Below are positions 1 to 6,708 of a stretch of 13,294 nucleotides of DNA, one piece after another. How positions within the stretch are numbered: the first letter of the stretch is position 1; the number at the start of each line of letters is the position of its first letter. This DNA is from Promethearchaeota archaeon (GTDB taxonomy: Archaea > Asgardarchaeota > Thorarchaeia > Thorarchaeales > Thorarchaeaceae): positions 1 through 13,294 of the forward strand of contig JALVPN010000109.1 of NCBI GenBank assembly GCA_027031765.1. Reading direction: 5' to 3'. The notes under the pieces are model-generated. The model was not told the DNA's origin. It worked only from the letters and a program-made list of their open reading frames with translations, and did not search any database. The translations under genes were made by a program, and so were the position numbers.

Positions 1-1
1 G

Positions 2-523
2 GCACTCACAATGCTGGGGCTGCTGCTCGGTGGCCTGGTCACGATGAACCCCGCGAACCCTGGACTTGTGTTCCACTCGATCCTGCTGGCCGCTGTTGGT
101 ACCAGTGTGGCCATGGCAGTCAGTGGGTTCAGTGGTTCGTACCTTGCAGAGAGTGCCGAGCGCGACCGGGAAGTGAGCGAGATTGGTCGGGCAATGTTGA
201 CCGACATGAGCAACAGCATGTATGCCCGGGCCACCCGGACCACCTCAGTGGTCGTAGCGGTGGTCGACGGCCTGTCACCAGCAGTTGCAGCACTCATTAT
301 CATAGTCCCGCTCATGCTGGTCCCGCTGGGTGTTGTCGACTACTTCGTTGCGTTCTACTTGGCAATTGCAATATGCATGCTGCTACTGTTTGCGTTGGGA
401 CTGTTCCTCGGCCACGTGTCCCAGAAGAACATATGGTCCTATGGTGCCAAGACCCTGCTCGCAGGACTAATCACGGCGCTCCTGATGATAGTGATCTCGC
501 ACTTCACCGGTGCGGTCGGCTAG
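2..523 (+). CDS. VIT1/CCC1 family (TIGR00267-like) membrane protein, 5'-truncated by the window edge
   Basis: The frame is open from base 2 (ALT-MLGLLLGG), so the ATG at 11 is probably internal to the family's FDGxLTxLG motif. It has several hydrophobic helices plus AMAVSGFSGSYLAESAER and VVDGLSP motifs typical of archaeal VIT-family proteins. Stop is TAG at 521-523. Confidence 0.8.
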   Translation, partial: ALTMLGLLLGGLVTMNPANPGLVFHSILLAAVGTSVAMAVSGFSGSYLAESAERDREVSEIGRAMLTDMSNSMYARATRTTSVVVAVVDGLSPAVAALIIIVPLMLVPLGVVDYFVAFYLAIAICMLLLFALGLFLGHVSQKNIWSYGAKTLLAGLITALLMIVISHFTGAVG

Positions 524-542
524 CGGGGAGGGACATGACCAC

Positions 543-1526
543 ATGCTGGAAACACTGCCGAGGGCCCGTGTGGCGCTACTCCCGACGCCCCTCCACCCAC
601 TCAGGAACATGGCCCAGTCTCTGGGCATGCGTGCCCTGTGGCTAAAGCGCGACGACCTCACGGGCATCTCTTTCGGAGGCAACAAGACACGCAAGCTTGA
701 GTACGTCGTTGGTGACGCCCTTGCTGAGGGGGCTGACACACTGGTCACGGTCGGTGGAGTACAGAGCAACCACTGCAGACAGACCGCCGCCTTCGCTGCG
801 GCAAAGTCGCTCCGCTGTATCCTGTTGCTAGCAGGCGAGGAGCCGCAACGGCCCACAGGCAATGTGCTGCTCGACCGCCTGTTCGGTGCCGAGCTCAAGT
901 TCTATCCTGGAGAACCGCCCCTCGCCCTTGACAGGTACTTGCTGGGCGTCGTTGAGACCCTCGAAGACCTTGGTCTCCACCCATATGCCATCCCTGCAGG
1001 GGCGTTCATGCCACTCGGTGTCCTTGCCTACGCGGCAGCCATGCAGGAGCTGGTCGACCAGATGCAGAGTGTGGGCGTCGAGTTCGGACGCGTGGTCCTC
1101 GCAGTGGGCACCGGTGGGACGTATGCTGGCCTGTTGCTGGGTGCTGAGCTCCTAGACCTCGACATCGACATCATCGGTATCAGTGTCCTGCGTACAGCTG
1201 ATGCCCTTACAGAGAGAATCCGCGACATGCTGGAGCGTGTGTGTTCCGAGTACCCGGAGTTCGCAACGCGTGTCCGTCGTCCCATAACAGTCACTGACAG
1301 CTTCCTCGGACCGGGCTATGGTGTCTTGGACGCGCCGACGAGGCTTGCTGTCCGTTCCTTCGCCGCGACCGAGGGCATCGTGTTCGACCCCGTGTATACC
1401 GGCCGGGCGGCAGCAGGTCTTGTCCACATGCTGTCATCAGGTGAGCTTGATGCCACTGTTCCGACAGTATTCTGGCACACCGGTGGTCAGCCGGCCCTGT
1501 TCGCTTATGACGACCTCTTGGAGTAA
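543..1526 (+). CDS. dcyD: D-cysteine desulfhydrase / ACC deaminase family PLP-dependent enzyme (D-cysteine desulfhydrase-type residues)
   Basis: Motifs: PTPLHPL, LKRDDLTG, GGNKTRKLEY (PLP lysine), GGVQSNHCR, VGTGGTYAG, DPVYTG and FWHTGG. The ATG at 543 follows GGGGAGG (525-531); the track's start at 510 overlaps the upstream gene. Confidence 0.88.
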   Translation: MLETLPRARVALLPTPLHPLRNMAQSLGMRALWLKRDDLTGISFGGNKTRKLEYVVGDALAEGADTLVTVGGVQSNHCRQTAAFAAAKSLRCILLLAGEEPQRPTGNVLLDRLFGAELKFYPGEPPLALDRYLLGVVETLEDLGLHPYAIPAGAFMPLGVLAYAAAMQELVDQMQSVGVEFGRVVLAVGTGGTYAGLLLGAELLDLDIDIIGISVLRTADALTERIRDMLERVCSEYPEFATRVRRPITVTDSFLGPGYGVLDAPTRLAVRSFAATEGIVFDPVYTGRAAAGLVHMLSSGELDATVPTVFWHTGGQPALFAYDDLLE

Positions 1527-1551
1527 CTACTGTCGGTGGCTGTGCGAGTCA

Positions 1552-1827
1552 TCACCGCTGTCCCGGTACGAAGCCTGTGCGTGAGGCCACTCTCTTCTCC
1601 TTCACCTCGCAGACGTAGAACCTGTATGCACACACGTAGTCTGCTTTCCCAAGGTGAATCAACCGTGTACCGACCAGCATCCTGAGGGTCCGCATGAACC
1701 GGTAGTACGTGTCGTCCGGTGTGACGACCTCTGCCATACAGCTCAACTGGAGGCCACTGTAAGGAGATGTCACCGGTCCGTCCGTGTCGTACCAGATGAA
1801 CTTGAGTACCACGCGCGGGTCCAGCAC
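1552..1827 (-). CDS. Hypothetical protein, probably the C-terminal part of a frameshifted gene starting at TTG 1904
   Basis: Codons are coding-like with G/C-rich third positions (GTG CTG GAC CCG CGC GTG GTA CTC AAG TTC ATC TGG TAC GAC). The ORF fits the gap between the dcyD stop and the upstream ORF. No family recognised. Confidence 0.55.
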   Translation of the reverse strand: MLDPRVVLKFIWYDTDGPVTSPYSGLQLSCMAEVVTPDDTYYRFMRTLRMLVGTRLIHLGKADYVCAYRFYVCEVKEKRVASRTGFVPGQR

Positions 1828-1900
1828 AATATGTGGTAGGTGTTGCCACCATACATCTCTATCTCACCAAGGCGCGTCCTGTCAATCCTGGAGTTGGTAG

Positions 1901-2293
1901 TCAACCGCTCCCGCTATGTCGCGGCCCTCTCCTCAGCAGTCCCCTCAGACCTCCTCCCTGGAACCGCAACGCCTCGCCTTCAAGCCAGTCGGTGAGCCCC
2001 TTGATCTCTCCATCCTTCGGCACAGGAAAGACAGTCCTGTTGGTCGTGTTGATGGTGAAGAGTCCCGCGGGGTGCCGGGTGGCGACCACGGGCATGAAGA
2101 GGGTGTGTGTGAAGAGGCGCATGGACCTCTGTGTTGTAGGGCCCAGGTCGTCGAGGACAGTCGCGAGGACCGTGTAGGTCCTGTCTGGTACCATGTTCAG
2201 CGGGAACGTCACGGCCATGCCGCCCATCCGCACCACTATCCTACGCAGGTCGGGGTCTACAAACGGTCTCTGACTCTCACGTGGGGCTGTCAT
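1901..2293 (-). CDS. Hypothetical protein (~130 aa; the start could be GTG 2398)
   Basis: The open frame has coding-like composition from MTAPRESQRPF (ATG 2293) onward. Its TGA stop overlaps a downstream TTG start (TTGA, 1904-1901). No family recognised. Confidence 0.6.
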   Translation of the reverse strand: MTAPRESQRPFVDPDLRRIVVRMGGMAVTFPLNMVPDRTYTVLATVLDDLGPTTQRSMRLFTHTLFMPVVATRHPAGLFTINTTNRTVFPVPKDGEIKGLTDWLEGEALRFQGGGLRGLLRRGPRHSGSG

Positions 2294-2532
2294 CCCAAGG
2301 GCCTCAAATAGTAGCGTATTCTCCACACCACTAGGACCAGTATTGCTGATGGTCTGACCGGCCTGTGGAAAGTAAGTACCGTGCACATCCGTGGACACGC
2401 CAAAGGCACATAAGCCGGGTTGTCCTCTGGTGTGGTCAGGGCCAGGAGCAGCACCCTGCCAGCCCCTCTACATGCGACACGGGGGTCAGTACGGTGTCGG
2501 CAGCTGCCACAGGCCCCGACCCGGTGATCCAC

Positions 2533-2808
2533 ATGACTGAAGCACTGATAATCAGCTCTGATGCCCGACTCGTCCCTGTCCCTCACGGTGCCCTACAGCT
2601 CGACAGCGACAGCGTCATCGTACTGATATGTCACGACATCCAGACGATATTCCTGTGGCGAGGACGTGAAGCGGGCCTGTTCAAGAGGCTCATGGGCACA
2701 CGTGCCATTGCAAGACTGAGCCATACCTATCCCGAGTACCGCATCCGGCCTGTGGACGAGGGAGCAGAACCAGAGGATTTCCGTAGACGCTTCGGGCGTC
2801 CTGCCTAG
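2533..2808 (+). CDS. Single-domain gelsolin-like protein (eukaryotic signature protein)
   Basis: LDSDSVIVL...IFLWRGREAG...RPVDEGAEPEDF matches the gelsolin-repeat pattern (L.s.dv.il...i.vW.G...v.eG.E..F). An archaeal SD, GGTGAT (2523-2528), precedes the ATG at 2533; 91 aa. Confidence 0.8.
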   Translation: MTEALIISSDARLVPVPHGALQLDSDSVIVLICHDIQTIFLWRGREAGLFKRLMGTRAIARLSHTYPEYRIRPVDEGAEPEDFRRRFGRPA

Positions 2809-2859
2809 ACTGTGAGTGCCCCTGTCTGTCCAGTGGCTGACGGCGTGGTGAAGTGAGTC

Positions 2860-3123
2860 TTGCAGGTCGACCCTAGGGCCCACCTCTACATGGTCAGGAG
2901 CGTGCGTCGCGGCCTCCTCGCACGCACAAGGATCCTCCAGTTCATAGAACGTGCGGGGCGCGCCTCTGTGGTCGACATCTCGGCTGCGGTGGGCCTGTCT
3001 CCAAGCACTGTCCGCTACCATCTGAAGAACATGGCACGAGAGGGAGTCGTGAAGCGTCTGGCAGGGGCGGGCCGGTGGTATGTGTGTCCAGTAGAACAGG
3101 AGAAGCTCACCGCATACGAGTGA
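2860..3123 (+). CDS. Small winged helix-turn-helix (ArsR-like) DNA-binding protein
   Basis: RTRILQFIE...ASVVDISAAVGLSPSTVRYHLKNMAREGVVKR is an HTH recognition helix followed by a wing. TTG start; 87 aa. Confidence 0.82.
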   Translation: MQVDPRAHLYMVRSVRRGLLARTRILQFIERAGRASVVDISAAVGLSPSTVRYHLKNMAREGVVKRLAGAGRWYVCPVEQEKLTAYE

Positions 3124-3250
3124 GGCGTGTTGTGACTGCGAGTAGGGTGCGGCCCCTGCATACGTAGGTCTCTGAGCCCTCACTGCGACCACGGGGTCAG
3201 TCCGCAATAGTGTAGAACGTACTGCTCTGCAGTACTCTGCGCATGACGTC

Positions 3251-3330
3251 AAAAAGATGGCTGCTGGTTGGGCCCTCGCGGGTATCCCTATCCCATCCGG
3301 GCCTCGGGGCTGGCTAGCCCAACCAGCTGC
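3251..3330 (-). terminator. Hairpin plus oligo-T tract downstream of the Roadblock gene
   Basis: Perfect 11-bp inverted repeat GCTGGTTGGGC (3263-3273) / GCCCAACCAGC (3317-3327), just 3' of the stop at 3333. On the minus strand it is followed by CATCTTTTT (the T tract is 3251-3255). It lies between convergent genes. Confidence 0.5.
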
Positions 3331-3332
3331 GT

Positions 3333-3695
3333 CTACAGGATTGACTCTATCTCTTCTGCTGCCTTTGTCATCTCAAAGTCAATGAGACCGACCTTCGCAT
3401 CTGCCGGTGCTGTCCCAATCAGGGCTGTATTGCCGACCTTGCGCAGGACAATCACTTTCTCTTGCCCCTCAATCAATATGCTCTTCGGTGTACCGGATGA
3501 GAGTGCGGTGCCCACTCTTGTCCCGATGGAGATCAGTGCGGCAGCCATTGCGGAGACCGCCTTGTCGTCAACGTCGTTCGGGAGCACTGCGGCCATGAGC
3601 TGGCCACGTTCGGTCACGAGCGCACACCCGTCAATCTCACTGTTCGCTCTGAGTGACTGGAGGCATGAGGTCAGTTTCTTCATCTTGGCGCTCAT
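3333..3695 (-). CDS. Roadblock/LC7 (MglB-like) domain protein
   Basis: The pattern EIDGCALVTERGQLMAAVLP..DDKAVSAMAAALISIGTRVGTAL..G...SILIEG....VL is the Roadblock alpha-beta-beta-alpha-beta-beta-beta fold. SD GGTGA lies about 10 nt before ATG 3695; the alternative start is GTG 3707. Confidence 0.9.
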   Translation of the reverse strand: MSAKMKKLTSCLQSLRANSEIDGCALVTERGQLMAAVLPNDVDDKAVSAMAAALISIGTRVGTALSSGTPKSILIEGQEKVIVLRKVGNTALIGTAPADAKVGLIDFEMTKAAEEIESIL

Positions 3696-3723
3696 TGCTG
3701 TACTCACCCGTTTGATGTCTGAT

Positions 3724-3735
3724 ATAGTGCACTAT
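3724..3735. promoter_or_regulatory. Perfect 12-bp palindrome ATAGTGCACTAT, candidate operator in the Roadblock promoter
   Basis: Seen directly. It lies between a TATA-like TTATTA (minus strand, 3749-3744) and the Roadblock start. Confidence 0.35.
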
Positions 3736-3763
3736 CTTCTACTAATAAGGGTATGGCGGTAGT

Positions 3764-3804
3764 GCATAACTGACAGCACCTCCGTTCCGCATAACTGTCA
3801 GCAC
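3764..3804. repeat. 16-bp direct repeat (1 mismatch) with 25-bp period upstream of Roadblock
   Basis: GCATAACTGACAGCAC (3764-3779) and GCATAACTGTCAGCAC (3789-3804). Confidence 0.6.
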
Positions 3805-3833
3805 TGTTGACGGGCGCAGGCGACGTTTTTTCG

Positions 3834-4730
3834 TCAGTCGTAGCAGTCCTCGTCCACCGCTCGTGTCCCTGGTGTCCCAGGGAGCGCCCTGAGCCTCGCC
3901 AGACGCCCGTCGGTCCAACGTACAATCTCGTCCACCATGTTGAGGGTCTGCTGCGGGTCTGCGAACAGTCGGCACCCTGGTTGTGTCTTGGCCTCGTCTT
4001 CCCAGGCCTCTCCCTGTTCCATCTGGGCGCAGACACCTCCTACCTCGCACTGCTGGACGCTGGCCGCTGCACTGTTCACAAAGAGGATCTCTCCGGACTC
4101 GAAGTCGGTGATGCATATTGGGGTCCGGACGCTGTCCATGGCGACGCGTAGGAGGTCCTGCAGGTCGCTAATGAGCGACTTGAGCCGCTGTACCTCAGTC
4201 ACGTCTCTGATGACGACGACCACACCTGGCTGTGCGTTCTCAAGGATTGTCGGTGCCACTCTTACTTGGAGGTCCACCAGTGTGCCGTCGACCAGGGCAC
4301 GCATGTCCACGAGGGAGGTGTTACCATCAAGTGCGTCAGCAACCCTGTCGAGCACGTCCTTCTCGGACAGGCCGGGGGCCGCAATCTGGTCTACAGGTCT
4401 GTCGAGCACATCGTCCTCCTTGAGGCCGGACATCCTGAGGAACACGCGGTTGGCCTGTACAACCCGCCTCGTCCTGTCAAGGACCACGAGACCGTCCGAT
4501 ACGATGTCGAACAGTTGGATCATGGGTATCCTCTTGGCAAGCGTGAAGAGCTTGGCCGAGCCCACCGGGATCATCTCGACCTGTCCCGACAGGAGGAGCA
4601 CATCGAGATAGCGTGCCACAGTGTTCCTGTTCAGACCCAGTCTGCGTGCGAGCTCGGAGATGGTGAGGCCACGTGAGTGCTGTTCAAGTAGTGCCCTTAT
4701 CCTCTCCAGCTCTCTGCGGGCTACGGCCAT
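3834..4730 (-). CDS. wHTH-PAS-PAS transcriptional regulator / PAS S-box sensor
   Basis: The N-terminal HTH reads RGLTISELARRLGLNRNTVARYLDVL. PAS1 runs DGLVVLDRTRRVVQANRVFLRMSG...VVIRDVTE and PAS2 runs TPICITDFESGEILFVN...RWTDGR. ATG 4730 is preceded by GAGGAG; the track's extension to 4799 is likely non-coding. Confidence 0.85.
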   Translation of the reverse strand: MAVARRELERIRALLEQHSRGLTISELARRLGLNRNTVARYLDVLLLSGQVEMIPVGSAKLFTLAKRIPMIQLFDIVSDGLVVLDRTRRVVQANRVFLRMSGLKEDDVLDRPVDQIAAPGLSEKDVLDRVADALDGNTSLVDMRALVDGTLVDLQVRVAPTILENAQPGVVVVIRDVTEVQRLKSLISDLQDLLRVAMDSVRTPICITDFESGEILFVNSAAASVQQCEVGGVCAQMEQGEAWEDEAKTQPGCRLFADPQQTLNMVDEIVRWTDGRLARLRALPGTPGTRAVDEDCYD

Positions 4731-5205
4731 CTGGATGCTCAGCTCCTCTGTGTAGACAAGTGGTATTATGAAGACCCTTTGTTGCACCAAATAAAACAAT
4801 GTGCGCTGTCACCCACTGTGTGTGAGTCCCCTGACTGGGCTCTCCGATGCTCCCCTGTCATCTGTACCCTCAGAGGTCGGACTGTCACAAGCTCCGCAGG
4901 GCTGATGTCCGTGGTACCGTCCTCCAGTCATCCCCGCGCCATCCAGTCTGTAGCCTGTTGAGAGCAGCGTGTCTGTGAGCAGGTACTTGGGGGGTCTGCA
5001 TATAGCTACGGTGTCAGGCAGGCGTCACCGGGTGTACAGGTTCTGCCATGTGTCCCACTTGCCGACATGGGGTGAGAGTGACCAGCACTGCGGAAGGTCT
5101 TTACTGTTCCAGTTCCTACCACACAATGCCAGCCCTGCAGGAGAGCACCGGACAGGGACTGCTTGCGACCGTGACCCAATTTGCAGCCAGAGTTCTTGGT
5201 CATAC

Positions 5206-5211
5206 TTAAAA
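5206..5211 (+). promoter_or_regulatory. Candidate archaeal TATA box for the repeat coiled-coil gene
   Basis: TTAAAA is an AT-rich island about 30 nt upstream of ATG 5242 in a GC-rich context, and GGAG precedes the ATG. Confidence 0.4.
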
Positions 5212-5241
5212 GTTGTACAGAGGACAGACTATTGGAGCGCC

Positions 5242-6321
5242 ATGACCGAGGCCAAGAGGAAAGACAGTGCAGTAGAGGAGGTAAGAAGACTCCTAGACGC
5301 CCTGAGGAGCAATCCCGACCTGCTGGAGGAGCTACTAGACATCATCAAGGCAGAGCTATATGTACGACGGGATGAGCTAAGGGAGCTACTTGACGAGATC
5401 AAGCAGCTTCGCATTGAGAGTACCGAGCGTTTTCGGAAGAAGGAGGCCGAGGACAGGCGCCGCTTTGAGGAGAAGGAGGCCGAGGACAGGCGCCGCTTTG
5501 AGCGTCTTGAGCAGCGCTTTGAGAGTCTTGAGCAGCGCTTTGAGGAGAAGGAGGCCGAGGACAGGCGCCGCTTTGAGAGTCTTGAGCAGCGCTTTGAGAG
5601 TCTTGAGCAGCGCTTTGAGAGTCTTGAGCAGCGCTTTGAGAGTCTTGAGCAGCGCTTTGAGAGTCTTGAGCAGCGTCTTGAGCGTCTTGAGCAGCGCTTT
5701 GAGGAGAAGGAGGCCGAGGACAGGCGCCGCTTTGAGCGTCTTGAGCAGCGTCTTGAGAACTTGGAGCAGCGTCTTGAGCGTCTTGAGCAGCGTCTTGAGC
5801 GTCTTGAGCAGCGTCTTGAGCGTCTTGAGCAGCGCTTTGAGGAGAAGGTGGCCGAGGACAGGCGCCGTTTTGACCGCATAGACCAGCGGTTCGACAAGGT
5901 GTTCGAACGGTTTGACGAACTCTCGCTGGCACTGGGACACGACTTTGAGGAGTTCAACAGTCATTGGCTAGAAACATTCCTTGTCGCACAGGGTTTCCCG
6001 AAGATAGAGGTGCGGAAACGCACATTCTTTGACCCGGAGCATATGGTGTTCCCGGACTCTACCGACGTTGAGGTCGACCTGTTCAACGAAGACCCTCTAG
6101 TAGTGGGCGAGGTCACCGCGATAGTCCGTACCATCGACAAGGTGACGACCTTCCTCAGGAAGGTCAAGTTCATTGAGAGCAACATGCGGCGCAAGGCCGA
6201 CTACAAGCTCTTCATAACCTATATGATTGTGCCTGAGATCAGGGAGGAGGCCAAACGACTGCTGGAGGGGGCCGGGGTGACCGTCATCACCCTCCGTCAG
6301 CGTCACGGGTCGTACAGTTAA
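5242..6321 (+). CDS. Coiled-coil tandem-repeat protein with C-terminal PD-(D/E)XK-like domain (DUF3782/DUF1626-like architecture)
   Basis: The helical N-terminus is followed by 146 aa of heptad/hendecad repeats and a C-terminal DVEVDLF...VVGEVT motif resembling a restriction-endonuclease-like fold. The start is placed at ATG 5242 because of the TATA-like and GGAG signals; 359 aa. Confidence 0.72.
   Translation: MTEAKRKDSAVEEVRRLLDALRSNPDLLEELLDIIKAELYVRRDELRELLDEIKQLRIESTERFRKKEAEDRRRFEEKEAEDRRRFERLEQRFESLEQRFEEKEAEDRRRFESLEQRFESLEQRFESLEQRFESLEQRFESLEQRLERLEQRFEEKEAEDRRRFERLEQRLENLEQRLERLEQRLERLEQRLERLEQRFEEKVAEDRRRFDRIDQRFDKVFERFDELSLALGHDFEEFNSHWLETFLVAQGFPKIEVRKRTFFDPEHMVFPDSTDVEVDLFNEDPLVVGEVTAIVRTIDKVTTFLRKVKFIESNMRRKADYKLFITYMIVPEIREEAKRLLEGAGVTVITLRQRHGSYS
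5431..5868 (+). repeat. In-frame composite tandem repeat: five 33-bp units (FEEKEAEDRRR) and thirteen 21-bp units ([F/L]E[S/R/N]LEQR), order A-A-B2-A-B6-A-B5-A
   Basis: Counted directly: 5x33 + 13x21 = 438 bp. Units such as tttgagagtcttgagcagcg are repeated identically at the nucleotide level. Confidence 0.95.
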
Positions 6322-6708
6322 CCTGACTGTACGGGCGGTTCCCCTGTGCCACGGCCTCACACATCCAGCTGGTACGTGATGTCCCTCGGCACTCTGTGAC
6401 CACGTCCACCATAGCAGTTCCAGCAATCAGTGGCTAGGTGCGTGAGGGTCTTGGACTTGGCACATAGCCGTACTGAATTACGGCCGGATTCCGAGAATGT
6501 GGTCCTCTGACCACTGACCGGGACTGTCTAGTGAGTGGCCGCGAGTCCGTAAGAGGTCATATATGCTGCTGGCCTGTCCCGTCCCTACTGCATCCTCCCT
6601 AGCGTCCGGACTACACGTCATAGTCCTCTTGGTCTGGCCAGTGGAAAGCGGTCTGCGTGCTGCCCTGCGTCTCCCGGTCTGACATGCGTGCTGCGGGACG
6701 AGGCCTGA

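Noticed and set aside
2365-2532. N-terminal extension of the gelsolin ORF
   Set aside because: A good SD (GGTGAT) precedes ATG 2533, and the extension is low-complexity and lies in the divergent promoter region.
3260-3340. Hairpin as an H/ACA guide RNA, tRNA or SRP fragment
   Set aside because: There is no ACA box directly after the stem, no clear K-turn and no cloverleaf or SRP consensus.
4969-5241. 91-aa N-terminal extension of the repeat protein shown in the ORF track
   Set aside because: Its Cys/His/Ser-rich composition is non-coding-like, and TATA-like and GGAG signals sit just upstream of ATG 5242.
5431-5868. Possible CRISPR array or non-coding repeat
   Set aside because: The units are contiguous with no unique spacers, their lengths are multiples of 3 and in frame within a CDS, and there are no cas genes.
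5229-5964. Four long alternative-frame ORFs across the repeat (Ser/Arg-rich, LKTLLK, SAAQD and RVLSSAL repeats)
   Set aside because: A 21/33-bp stop-free repeat keeps other frames open automatically. Only the + frame protein has sensible non-repeat flanks and start signals.
6334-6708. A hidden small gene or mobile-element end in the 375-bp convergent intergenic region
   Set aside because: It contains only a 6-bp hairpin (6499-6514) and ORFs without coding-like composition. I found no terminal inverted repeats, target duplication or transposase.
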